A stretch of DNA of 64,000 nucleotides from Thermoplasmata archaeon (GTDB lineage: Archaea > Thermoplasmatota > Thermoplasmata > Lutacidiplasmatales > UBA184). Under the pieces are notes generated by a model. The model had not been told where the DNA came from. It was given only the letters and a program-made list of their open reading frames with translations, and did not search any database. Both the position numbers and the translations under genes were made by a program. The DNA lies in contig JAGWLG010000003.1 in the NCBI GenBank assembly GCA_028864975.1, positions 64,001 to 128,000 of the forward strand, in the 5' to 3' direction. Shown here piece by piece: positions 9,499 to 18,080 of the stretch (within the stretch, counting starts at the first letter, position 1; each line of letters begins with the position of its first letter).

Positions 9499-10503
9499 CT
9501 ATGACCCCTGCTTGCTGTGCGTCGAGAGATAGCGGACCTCGATCTTCTCGGGCACCGCCCCGCGGAACCGGATGGGCATCCGCAGACGGACCAGGCGCTT
9601 CGAGGGGCCCGGGAGCGACCCGTGGAGCACCGTGTAGCCGTTGCGGACCTCGCCGTAACGTAGGAACCCTCCGACCATCTTGATCGGGTCGCTCTTGCCG
9701 TCCGGGACGACCTTCAGGATCCGCTTGTTGAACTCGGTGCGCCGGTGGTACCCCATCTGTCCCGCCTGGGGGATACGGTAGGTCACGAAGCTCGGGTTGT
9801 GGGGGCCCAGCGTTCCAATCATTCTTCGGTGCTTGGAGTTCTTGCGGGGCTGGAGCTTGACGTGGAAGCGCTTGATGTGACCCTGGAAGCCCTTCCCTCG
9901 GGAGACGGCGATCACATCGACCATGTCGCCCGCCTTCGCGAAGGAGGGGAATTCGATCTCCTTCCCGAGGTGGTCGACCGCCCACTTCTTCCGCTCCGCA
10001 AAGTTCTCGCCCGAGACGCGGACCTCGAACAGGTCGGGGACCTTTCGGGGGATCCCGGAGACCAAGTGGGGCTGGGTGTGGACGAGGACCCGGACCTCCT
10101 CGCCCGGGGCCTTCGAGAACGCGCCCTTGCTCACGTCGGAGGGGGCGCTGTTCGGCATCGGACGGCGGCCTGCAAGCCGCTCGTCGAGCTCGTCGGCCCA
10201 CAGCTCGCCGGAGACATGCCATCCGTTGGGGGAACCCTGGTAGAGGCGTGCGGCGGCAATCTTGAGCGGCGGGGTCTCGACGACGGTCACGGGGACAGCG
10301 ACCTCTTGTCCGGCGGTGGTGGAACGCTTGCGGAAGTCCACTACGAAGGCGTGGGTCATACCCACTTTCCATCCGGCGAAGTCCTCGAGGTGGGGCTTCG
10401 CGGGCCCGCGCGGCCAGGTCTTGAGGCGCGGGACCGGGCTCATGGCCCGCTTCCTGGGCCAATAGCCCAGGGATCCGCGTCGTGGTTTGTGCCTGCGTCC
10501 CAT
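9499..10503 (-). CDS. rpl3: 50S ribosomal protein L3
   Basis: MGRRHKPRRGSLGYWPRKRA...FAGWKVGMTH...GKGFQG..KR...QAGQMGYHRRTEFNKRI; start ATG 10503. Confidence 0.98.
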   Translation of the reverse strand: MGRRHKPRRGSLGYWPRKRAMSPVPRLKTWPRGPAKPHLEDFAGWKVGMTHAFVVDFRKRSTTAGQEVAVPVTVVETPPLKIAAARLYQGSPNGWHVSGELWADELDERLAGRRPMPNSAPSDVSKGAFSKAPGEEVRVLVHTQPHLVSGIPRKVPDLFEVRVSGENFAERKKWAVDHLGKEIEFPSFAKAGDMVDVIAVSRGKGFQGHIKRFHVKLQPRKNSKHRRMIGTLGPHNPSFVTYRIPQAGQMGYHRRTEFNKRILKVVPDGKSDPIKMVGGFLRYGEVRNGYTVLHGSLPGPSKRLVRLRMPIRFRGAVPEKIEVRYLSTHSKQGS

Positions 10504-10553
10504 GTGCGGTCGATACCTCTCGGTGGGGGTGAACGCGGTCGAACAAGGTGACC

Positions 10554-10562
10554 TATATAAAA
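10554..10562 (-). promoter_or_regulatory. TATA box of the ribosomal protein superoperon
   Basis: Minus-strand TTTTATATA about 50 nt upstream of the L3 ATG in a GC-rich context; GAGGT SD-like motif in the leader. Confidence 0.8.
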
Positions 10563-10789
10563 GCGGGGGACCAGATTTCCGGATGTCCAGGCTCCTGAGA
10601 GGAAACGGCAGGGTCTTCGAACGCGCGCGTTCAGGAGCGGGGGGCCGGGGAGGGGGCGCGGCGACTCGCGCCCTGCCCCCGAACCCTTCCCGGGTGGTGG
10701 CGCCCGCGTCCGTGCGCGTCCCCTCGAGAGAACGGAGTTCACCACCGGTCCGGTAAACAAGATAGGTCGAGGCGAGTTGTGGAGGGGCG

Positions 10790-11329
10790 ATGACCAGCGT
10801 GGGCGAGGGGCGGAGGAGCTCTCGGGAGCCGGAGGAGGATCTCCGGCCTGGGAGGTTCTGGCAGGTCCCAGAGGCCGAGGAGGCGTTGACCGAGCTCGCC
10901 CCGCGTTTCCGGGTCCTTCGCGTGAAGGTCGCCCGGATGGCGGAAGTGCTCGAGGAACTGGACCGGCTCCAGAAGGTCTGGGGGGAGGAGTTCGACGCAC
11001 CGGACCAACCGGACGCGTCGCGCAAGCACGAGCTGGAGGCGCAGGCCCGGGCGTTCGAGCTCGAGGTGGAGAGCGAGCTCGAGGGGTGGAAGAGCCGAGG
11101 GATCGAGGTCAAGGACCTCGCCTCGGGGCTCATCGACTTCTATGCGCTGCGGCACGGAGAAGTGATCTTCCTCTGCTGGAGGGCCGGGGAAGAGGGCATC
11201 CGGTTCTGGCACCCGCTCCAGGGAGGCTATCGGGCCCGCCGCCCCCTGACCTCGCGCGAGAGGGCGGGTGGGCTCGGCCAGGTCCCGTTCGCTCGAGGCT
11301 CGACATCGGGGAGCGAGCCAATCGCGTGA
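10790..11329 (+). CDS. DUF2203 family protein
   Basis: F...EAEEAL..L...G.EVKDL..GLIDF......IFLCW..GE..I.FWH....GY..RRPL. Confidence 0.85.
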   Translation: MTSVGEGRRSSREPEEDLRPGRFWQVPEAEEALTELAPRFRVLRVKVARMAEVLEELDRLQKVWGEEFDAPDQPDASRKHELEAQARAFELEVESELEGWKSRGIEVKDLASGLIDFYALRHGEVIFLCWRAGEEGIRFWHPLQGGYRARRPLTSRERAGGLGQVPFARGSTSGSEPIA

Positions 11330-11360
11330 CCCACCGAAGTCTGGGTCCCAGCTCGATCCG

Positions 11361-11825
11361 ATGGCGTTCGTCTTCGACGGCCCTCCCCGTCTCTCCGACG
11401 GGGTGATCGACCTCGTGCTGGTCGCCACGGACCCCGCGGATCCCTCCAAGGACTACGTTCCTGAGTATCGATACCGGATCGAGATCCACGGCGGGGGTCC
11501 TGTGGTCGGGGAGGTGCGACTCCGCGTGGGGAGGACCCGAGGTCTGCTCACAGGGGGCCACATCGGCTATGGTGTGGAAGCGGCCCATCGCGGCCACCAT
11601 TTTGCAGAGAGGGCCTGTCGACTGGTCGGTCAGGTCGCCCTCCATCACGGTCTCGACCCCCTCATCATCACCTGCGCCCCCGAGAACATCTCCTCGCGAA
11701 GGACCTGCGAGCGTCTGGGCGCGAAATTGCTGGGCGAATTCGATGTACCTCCCGACCACGACATGTACCAACGGGGCCGGCGCAAGGTACTTCGTTACGA
11801 GTGGCGCCTGACTTCCCTGCGCTGA
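11361..11825 (+). CDS. GNAT family N-acetyltransferase
   Basis: VGEVRLR...GHIGYGVEAAHRGHHFA...IITCAPENISSRRTCERLG; start ATG 11361. Confidence 0.85.
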   Translation: MAFVFDGPPRLSDGVIDLVLVATDPADPSKDYVPEYRYRIEIHGGGPVVGEVRLRVGRTRGLLTGGHIGYGVEAAHRGHHFAERACRLVGQVALHHGLDPLIITCAPENISSRRTCERLGAKLLGEFDVPPDHDMYQRGRRKVLRYEWRLTSLR

Positions 11826-11851
11826 ACTTCCAGCGTGGCGCCGCACGCCGC

Positions 11852-12970
11852 CTATGGGGGCGGCGGCGTTGGAGGGAGGGCGACCCCGTCGAGCGGCCGC
11901 TGCGTCGAGAGCAGCAGGACCAGGGCAGAACCCGCGAAGAGGGCGGCAAACGTCGCGCCCAAGAGCACCGCCACGGGGGCCACCTGGAAGAACAGGATAT
12001 CGTAACCGGAAACCGAGGCGAGGAAGGGGGCGAGGAGGCCCCCCATCGTCCCGACGACGCCCCTCGCCATGTGCCGCTCGCTCCGGATGGCGAACGCCGC
12101 CCAAAGGGCCGCCGCCCCGGCCAGCAGTTCGATGACCGAGGCCGACAATAGGTACGAGGCGTAGGTCTCGACGTCCGGATACGGGGCGAAGGCCTGGTCG
12201 TAGGTGCTCGTGGAGCTCCCGTTGAGCAGGTTCACGTGGAGCGCGCTCACGTTCGATGGTGCGTCCAAGAGGGGCGCGAGGAAGAACTCCATCTGGGAGA
12301 GGCGGTATCCCGGAAAGGAGACCTGGAGCTGGTGCTCTCCAGAGGGCACGGAGGAGAACCGGAAGTTGCCCCCACTGTCCGTCACTTGAACCTCGGTAGA
12401 GCCGTTAGGGGAGAGCCTCAGTGTGACGAGCGCGCCCACGGCAAGGACCGCCGGCCTCGAGCCGTTCCAGGCCTGGACCACGCCCGCCACGACCCGGGAG
12501 TGGGTGGCCGTGATCGAGATGGCGCCGAAGTATCCGAAGGCTCCCCCGACGGCGAGCAGGAGCACGCCCGCGACCAGGGCGAGTACGACCATCGCCTGAC
12601 GCACTTGTCGGGTCGGGCTCCGCGGCCAAGAGGGCTCCGGATAGAAGTGACGGTACACTTCCCAGGAGAAGAGCGGGGGACGGACCCGTGGGGGGAGGCT
12701 GGGGTTCGGCTGGCCGCACCGCGGACAGAAGGCCCAGCCCACCTCGTTCCGCACGATGCCGTGCGCGGCCCAGAAGGAAGTTCCGCAGCGAAGACACTTG
12801 GCCGGGACCGTCACCGGAGCGACGGAGAAGTAGGGGGGAGGGGGTAAGGGAGGGGGGGTAGGAGGGGCAGCGGCCGGCGGCGGAGGCACGGGCGGCAACG
12901 GCGGAAGTGGGGGGAACGATGGTGGAGGCGGTGGCGGTTCGGAGGGCTGGGCGGTCACTGGCGGCTCCAT
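11852..12970 (-). CDS. Multi-pass membrane protein: Pro-rich N-terminus, zinc ribbon, TM, carboxypeptidase-regulatory-like beta-sandwich, 3 TMs
   Basis: CLRCG...FCPRCG zinc ribbon; hydrophobic segments; GALVTL....VTDSGGNFRFSSVPSGEHQL.VS.PGY pattern; start ATG 12970. Confidence 0.7.
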   Translation of the reverse strand: MEPPVTAQPSEPPPPPPSFPPLPPLPPVPPPPAAAPPTPPPLPPPPYFSVAPVTVPAKCLRCGTSFWAAHGIVRNEVGWAFCPRCGQPNPSLPPRVRPPLFSWEVYRHFYPEPSWPRSPTRQVRQAMVVLALVAGVLLLAVGGAFGYFGAISITATHSRVVAGVVQAWNGSRPAVLAVGALVTLRLSPNGSTEVQVTDSGGNFRFSSVPSGEHQLQVSFPGYRLSQMEFFLAPLLDAPSNVSALHVNLLNGSSTSTYDQAFAPYPDVETYASYLLSASVIELLAGAAALWAAFAIRSERHMARGVVGTMGGLLAPFLASVSGYDILFFQVAPVAVLLGATFAALFAGSALVLLLSTQRPLDGVALPPTPPPP

Positions 12971-12989
12971 CCGCGGGAGAGAGATAACC

Positions 12990-13628
12990 TTGGACGGCGA
13001 CGCGTCACCGGCCCGCTCGGGGGCCCGTCCCCTGCCGAAGCGCTCCCCCGCCGCCAAGCCTCACCCCCGGGTCTACGCGTTCGACGACGCGCCCTTCGCT
13101 TTCGAGCAGGAGCGGACCCCGGTCGTGGGCCTGGTCGTGGTGCTGCCGTCCTACGTCGAGGGCGTGCTCCGCGACGAGGTCATGGTCGACGGCCCCGACG
13201 CTACGGAGGTGCTCCTGAGGATGGTCGGGTCCTCCTCCCACCGGGCGGCGACCCGCGCGATCATGCTGGGGGGTATCACCCTGGGCGGGTTCAACATGGT
13301 CGACCTGACACGGTTGAACGAAGCATCGGGGCTCCCGGTCCTCACCGTCACCCGTGCCGCGCCCGACTTCGATGCGATGGAGAGGGCCCTGCGAAAGTAC
13401 CTGCCAGACCGTCCGGAGCTCTTGAGGCTCCTCAGAGCCCACCCGCTCTTCACCGTCCCGATGCGTCCGCGTCCGCTCTGGGTGGCCGTGGTCGGGATGC
13501 CGAAGGAGGAGGCGACCCGCCTCGTCCTTCGTAGCATCGTTCGGGGCTCCTACCCCGAGCCCCTTCGCCTTGCGCACCTCTTCGCGTCCGCGATCCCCAA
13601 GGGGCCCGTTTCACGGTCGCGCGCATGA
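12990..13628 (+). CDS. DUF99 family protein (endonuclease V-like RNase H fold)
   Basis: AFDDAPF...VVG.V....VEGV....V.VDG.DAT...IMLGGITLGGFN.VDL..L....GLPV..V...YPEPLRLAHL.A. Confidence 0.88.
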   Translation: MDGDASPARSGARPLPKRSPAAKPHPRVYAFDDAPFAFEQERTPVVGLVVVLPSYVEGVLRDEVMVDGPDATEVLLRMVGSSSHRAATRAIMLGGITLGGFNMVDLTRLNEASGLPVLTVTRAAPDFDAMERALRKYLPDRPELLRLLRAHPLFTVPMRPRPLWVAVVGMPKEEATRLVLRSIVRGSYPEPLRLAHLFASAIPKGPVSRSRA

Positions 13629-13675
13629 GCTGGCTCGGGACAGGGTCTGCGACAAGCGAACCGCCGCACCTAGAG

Positions 13676-13686
13676 CGTTATCTCCC
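13676..13686 (+). promoter_or_regulatory. Candidate TATA element CGTTATCTCCC for the downstream micro-ORF
   Basis: An identical 11-mer lies on the minus strand at 40271-40281 upstream of the aminotransferase, with similar spacing to the ATG (42 vs 44 nt). Confidence 0.5.
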
Positions 13687-13719
13687 TTGTCCGACGTCCC
13701 GCGACCGGAGGCGGGAGCG

Positions 13720-13761
13720 ATGTGCAACACCTGTGGCTGTAAGTCGAAGAAGAAGCCGTGA
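13720..13761 (+). CDS. Candidate 13-aa Cys-rich micropeptide MCNTCGCKSKKKP
   Basis: ATG..TGA with GGAGG at 13707-13711, upstream TATA-like motif, downstream hairpin; CxxCGC motif. Confidence 0.5.
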   Translation: MCNTCGCKSKKKP

Positions 13762-13788
13762 TCCTGAGCTGTCTCTTCGTCCTTTGTC

Positions 13789-13817
13789 CGGGAGGAGGGG
13801 TTGCTCTCCTCCTCCCG
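13789..13817 (+). terminator. 12-bp GC-rich hairpin followed by a pyrimidine tract
   Basis: CGGGAGGAGGGG-TTGCT-CTCCTCCTCCCG (one G-U pair) then AACTCTTCTCCTTC; terminator or processing role is inferred. Confidence 0.45.
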
Positions 13818-13876
13818 AACTCTTCTCCTTCGACTCGCACGAAACGTTCTTCCTCGGAGCCCCCCCTGCGCCTTCG

Positions 13877-13951
13877 GGGCGCGTAGCATAGCCCGGACGA
13901 TGCGCCGGCCTTCTAAGCCGGAGAACCGGGGTTCGAATCCCCGCGCGCCCG
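13877..13951 (+). tRNA. tRNA-Arg (anticodon TCT)
   Basis: Acceptor GGGCGCG/CGCGCCC, anticodon arm CCGGC-CT-TCT-AA-GCCGG, T arm CGGGG-TTCGAAT-CCCCG; CCA not encoded. Confidence 0.97.
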
Positions 13952-13984
13952 TCGAGCCCGCCGGGGGGAGGTTCTCCTGCGTCG

Positions 13985-14842
13985 CTACGCCGTGACATTG
14001 AGCCAGATGATCTCCCCGTCGAAGGTCGTCCCGCTCTGGCCGTTCCCGTACTGGCCGTTCCAGATCAGGGAGGGGGGGATGGAGTACGGGTTGGAGGTCG
14101 GGCCCCCCGGGGGTTGGTAGAAGGGCATCGCGCCAGGGTCGCCCGAGTAACTGGTCGTCGAGCCCATGTCCATGTCGTGCATCTGGGCGCTCACCGTCCC
14201 CGAGAAGGTCCAGACCCCGCCGGAGGAAAGCGGCTCGCCCCAGATCTGAAAGAAGTCCCCTAGCGTGGGCGTCCCCGAGAGACCTCCGGGCATCTCCACG
14301 TGGATGATGCCGGAGCCATCGTGGGTGTGGAGGAGATGGAGCTCCCCCGACGGACAATAGAGGCTGGGGTTGGTGTACCCGGATTGGTCGAGGACCCCGA
14401 TGTCCCCTCCCGCCCCGGGTTGGTACGGGAGCGCCTGCTGGGTCCCGCCGTCGTAGATGAGGAGCAGGACATGGTAGTGCACGTCGGTCGCTTCCGCGCT
14501 ACAGTAGGCGGGAAAGGGGTCGTTGTGGGACGGAGGAAGGACGAGGAGGTAGAGCAGCGAGGCGACCAGGACAGCCAGCAGGGCGAGCCCAAGGACCCGG
14601 TAGGGGTGACGGCGGAGCGCCGAGGAGATCCTGCGTGAAGGGGGTCTCGAGAGAGGAGACGAGCCTTCGTTCGAGGAGGCGGCGGGGCGCTGGCGGGACC
14701 TCCGCGCCAGCCAAGCGCCCTTGAGCGCACGTCCCGCATCGATCCCCTCGGGAGGGTGGAACCCCACCTTCTCGTCCTCTGCGATCTCCGCCCACGCCCG
14801 GCCCTTGGTCCGAAGGCGAGCGACGCGTTCCCAATCGGTCAC
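13985..14842 (-). CDS. Hypothetical membrane-anchored protein with His-rich extracellular domain
   Basis: Single TM (VLGLALLAVLVASLLYLLVL) followed by HYHVLLLI and LHTHDGSGIIHVE..TLGDFFQIWG motifs. Confidence 0.7.
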   Translation of the reverse strand: MTDWERVARLRTKGRAWAEIAEDEKVGFHPPEGIDAGRALKGAWLARRSRQRPAASSNEGSSPLSRPPSRRISSALRRHPYRVLGLALLAVLVASLLYLLVLPPSHNDPFPAYCSAEATDVHYHVLLLIYDGGTQQALPYQPGAGGDIGVLDQSGYTNPSLYCPSGELHLLHTHDGSGIIHVEMPGGLSGTPTLGDFFQIWGEPLSSGGVWTFSGTVSAQMHDMDMGSTTSYSGDPGAMPFYQPPGGPTSNPYSIPPSLIWNGQYGNGQSGTTFDGEIIWLNVTA

Positions 14843-14912
14843 GGCGGTGCCCTGTTCGCGGTGCCAGGCGTTGCACTCGGCTTAAGTCCGGAAAGGGCGG
14901 CGACGGTTGAGG

Positions 14913-16139
14913 TCAGGGCCCTGGGGGGCCCGGGAGGGTCGAGGACCCTGCTTCCTCTCCCGGCCCGTCCCCCTCCTCCGGCGGCATCTCCTGCTCGACA
15001 GCCGCCATGCAGTCGTCGCATAGGAGCTCGGGGGAGCCTGCGGGCATCGGGCCGCCGCAGAGTGGGCAGCCGGCCTTCGCCTCGACCTCGGCCAAGAGCT
15101 CCTGCACGGAGGCCTTCAGGGTCTCCGAGCGGGGGCCGTGCTTCTTCCGCTCCTCCTCGTCGCGCTGCTCGCGCTCCGCTTCGGCCCTCGTGAGGAAGAC
15201 CTGCGGAAGCGGCAGGTACATCTGCGTCCGCTGGTCGAAGGCCGCGAACTGGCGTCCCACGAGGCTCTGCAGGGCGGCCGTCGCCAGCTCCTGGGAGACG
15301 CCGAGGATCACCGAGACGTCCTGGACCGAGAGCCCCTTCGATTCGAACAGGAGCTCGAGCACCCGACGTGGGAGGAGCGGCAGGGCGCCCCGAGCGACGA
15401 ACCGGTCGAGGCCGTGGCAGATCCTCGAGGACCGCTCGACCCGGTCCTCGATCGAGAAGCGTCCGGCGCGGGGGTCGGCCAGAAGGTGGTTGTGGAGGAG
15501 GTCGAGGTCGTACCGGAGCCGGGTACGGCTCGTGTACAGGTGGAGGGCCGCACGGAAAGGGACGACGCCGCTCGAGTGGACGAACCGTGAGAAGTCCGCG
15601 ATCGAGAAGAGCTCGAAGCCGGGGGGGAGCGGAGGTCGCCCCTCGTTCGTCGCGTGCTCCTGCTGGATCGAGCGGGGGATGTAGCTCTCCCGCACGGAGA
15701 AGCGGACCACGCAGGTCTCCTCCTTGCCCGGATCGTGCGGGTCCCAGGGCGAGAGCGCGTGAGGGTTGTACCGGAAGGTGAGCACCCGCCCGCTCCCGGC
15801 CGAATCCGAGTCGACGAGGGCCGTGGGCGTCGTGAACTCCCACGCCTGGGGGTCCGGCTTGGGCTCGTAGATGACGAGGCTCACCCGCTCCGGAGGGGTC
15901 TTCTCGGCGAGGATCGCGGCGAACGAGGGGGAGGGCTGGCCGTTCGCCGTCCAGCGCAGGCGGGCGATCGAGGGCGGCTGACGCTGCGCGTAGTCGAAGA
16001 GGGTCTTGCGGAAGTTCTTCTGGGAGTAACCGTCGTGCACTTCGCGCGGTGCGAAGGCGGAAAGCCGCTCGAAATCCGAGAGAGGTAGAGGACCCGAACC
16101 CCCCTTCGGGGGAGCGCTCCCACCTCCCTCCGGTACCAT
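14913..16139 (-). CDS. Hypothetical protein with C-terminal winged-HTH-like region and zinc ribbon
   Basis: RRVLELLFESKGLSVQDVSVILGVSQELATAALQSL (HTH-like); CPLCG..LLCDDC. Confidence 0.7.
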   Translation of the reverse strand: MVPEGGGSAPPKGGSGPLPLSDFERLSAFAPREVHDGYSQKNFRKTLFDYAQRQPPSIARLRWTANGQPSPSFAAILAEKTPPERVSLVIYEPKPDPQAWEFTTPTALVDSDSAGSGRVLTFRYNPHALSPWDPHDPGKEETCVVRFSVRESYIPRSIQQEHATNEGRPPLPPGFELFSIADFSRFVHSSGVVPFRAALHLYTSRTRLRYDLDLLHNHLLADPRAGRFSIEDRVERSSRICHGLDRFVARGALPLLPRRVLELLFESKGLSVQDVSVILGVSQELATAALQSLVGRQFAAFDQRTQMYLPLPQVFLTRAEAEREQRDEEERKKHGPRSETLKASVQELLAEVEAKAGCPLCGGPMPAGSPELLCDDCMAAVEQEMPPEEGDGPGEEAGSSTLPGPPGP

Positions 16140-16279
16140 CTGCGGCCCACCTGGGAAGAAGGAAGGGGTCGTGGCCCGCTTAAAGGGGCGGGGTTGAGGC
16201 TGCCGACGGCCCTCCCCCCCCCGCGGGGCCCCAGCCTTTTCTCCAAGAAGGGTACCCCTCCAGGCGGCGAAGCTCGCTC

Positions 16280-17509
16280 ATGCGGATCGCGTTCTTCAGC
16301 GAGACCTTTCTCCCCGTGCACGACGGCGTGGGCCACGTGCTCGAGGACCTAGGCACTTCTCTCGTTCGGCGGGGAAACGAGGTCACGCTCTACACGACCC
16401 GGCGGCCCGGGCAGCCCCGCGAAGAGCTCTGGCCGGGGGGGATGCGCGTCGTTCGCTGCCGCTCTTTCCCCCTCCCGCACTACCCTCAATACCGGTTCGC
16501 GACCTTTCCCTACCTCCTGGCGCTCGCCCCGGGGTTCGCGCGCCGCACGGACATCGTACACGTCCACACCCCTTTCGCGATGGGAGTGACAGGCCTCCTC
16601 GCCTCCCGACGCGACCATCTTCCCATCGTCGGGACCTTCCACACGGACTTCCGGGGCATGCAAGGGAGCTTCCCGCAGAACCTCGGGATCCGGGTCTTCT
16701 TCCCGCTCGGGGGGTTCTTCAGCGAAGGGATCTACTTCCGTTGCGATACGACGACGGCCCCGACGCCGGAAGCGCTGAGGACGTTGCGCGAGCGGTTCAC
16801 CAAGCCCCCGCACTGCGACCTCGCGGTCGTGCCGAACGGCATCGACATCGTTCGTTTCCGACCGGGGTTAGGTTCGCCCGACTGGTCGTCCCGCCTCCGG
16901 TCGGAGGGGCGACCCCTGGTGACCTTCCTGGGGCGCCTCACGGCCGACAAGGGGGTCCACCGGTTCCTCGATGCCCTTCGGGAGATCCCGGAGGACCTCT
17001 CCTTCCAGGGCGTGGTGGGTGGTTCAGGGGTTGAGGAGCCCGAGGTCCGTCGCAGGATCGAGAGCGAGCGCGGTCTCCGGGGCCGCGTGGTCGCCGTCGG
17101 GTTCGTGAAGGACGACGAGAAGCCTGCCCTCCTCGCCCAGAGCCGGGTGTTCGTGCTTCCCTCCCTCGCGGACACCTCGTCGGTGTCGACCCTGGAGGCG
17201 ATGGCGTCGGGGTGCGCGTGCGTGGTCACCGACCGCGGGGGACCCCGGGAGCTCGTCATGGACGGACGGAACGCGCTCCTCGCGGACCCGACCGACCCGA
17301 CGGCGATCCGCGGGGCCGTGGAACGGCTCCTCCGGGACCCCGAGCGCGCTCGCTGGCTCGGGAGCAACGCCGTGGAGTATGTCCGCGCTCACGCCTCGGT
17401 CGAGCACATGGCCGAGCAGTACCTCGAGATCTACGAGCGGTGCCTGGGACGCGGGAGCTCAGCGCAAGCACGACCTGGGACTCCGGTGCTTACGCGTGGC
17501 ATACCGTGA
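16280..17509 (+). CDS. Glycosyltransferase family 4 (GT-B)
   Basis: MRIAFFSETFLP..DGV...VHVHTP...PNGID...FLGRL..DKG...FVLPS..DT....LEAMASG. Confidence 0.92.
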   Translation: MRIAFFSETFLPVHDGVGHVLEDLGTSLVRRGNEVTLYTTRRPGQPREELWPGGMRVVRCRSFPLPHYPQYRFATFPYLLALAPGFARRTDIVHVHTPFAMGVTGLLASRRDHLPIVGTFHTDFRGMQGSFPQNLGIRVFFPLGGFFSEGIYFRCDTTTAPTPEALRTLRERFTKPPHCDLAVVPNGIDIVRFRPGLGSPDWSSRLRSEGRPLVTFLGRLTADKGVHRFLDALREIPEDLSFQGVVGGSGVEEPEVRRRIESERGLRGRVVAVGFVKDDEKPALLAQSRVFVLPSLADTSSVSTLEAMASGCACVVTDRGGPRELVMDGRNALLADPTDPTAIRGAVERLLRDPERARWLGSNAVEYVRAHASVEHMAEQYLEIYERCLGRGSSAQARPGTPVLTRGIP

Positions 17510-17868
17510 TCCCTGCGCACTACTCGGCCGACGTGTTCCTCTCCGGCTTCGCGTACATGGTCCCTGAGGGGGGCCTCCCGGCGGGGACCCGTGTGACGTG
17601 GCAGGCGCACTTCTCCACGAGCGAGAATTGTCTCTCGGTGAATTGGAAGTGGGCGGCGGCCGTCTGCACCAGTTCCGGGGAGAATGCCCACATCGGTGTG
17701 AAGCCGGTGGACGACAATCAGCTCAGCCTGTACAAGAACAGCGACCACGCCGGCACCCCCGAGTACGAGAAGGCCTACCTCACCCGGGGAGCGAGGGGGG
17801 GTGGCGGGTCGAACTACACAGGGTCCTACAGCGGTACCTTGGGTATCCGGGGAGGGAGCTGCCCGTAG
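17506..17868 (+). CDS. Orphan or remnant extracellular-type domain (120 aa)
   Basis: GTG overlapping the GT stop (GTGA); protein-like sequence SVNWKWAAAV..GVKPVD..SDHAGTPE..GARGGGGSNYTGSYSG; no signal peptide. Confidence 0.45.
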   Translation: MIPAHYSADVFLSGFAYMVPEGGLPAGTRVTWQAHFSTSENCLSVNWKWAAAVCTSSGENAHIGVKPVDDNQLSLYKNSDHAGTPEYEKAYLTRGARGGGGSNYTGSYSGTLGIRGGSCP

Positions 17869-18080
17869 GTTAGGGTCGGCGCCCCTCCCCGCGCCGTCGA
17901 GGCGCTTCGGACCGCTGGGCCCGGCGTTGGGGGCCAGCATGGGATTCCAGACACTCGGGCGAGTCGCTAGACCTCGTCGGCAAGAAAGAGGCCCATGATG
18001 GCCCGGACCTAGGAAGTATATCCGATGCTCAGCGATCGACCGACTCGCCGGCTACCGGGCGTTGCGAGGAGGAACCGAAG

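Noticed and set aside
14459-14475. 15/17 match (GAGGAGCAGGACATGGT) to the predicted TnpB guide, preceded by TAGAT
   Set aside because: The core is the reverse complement of common Leu codon runs (CTG CTC CTC), the guide boundary is itself unproven, and the native TAM is unknown; chance is a sufficient explanation.
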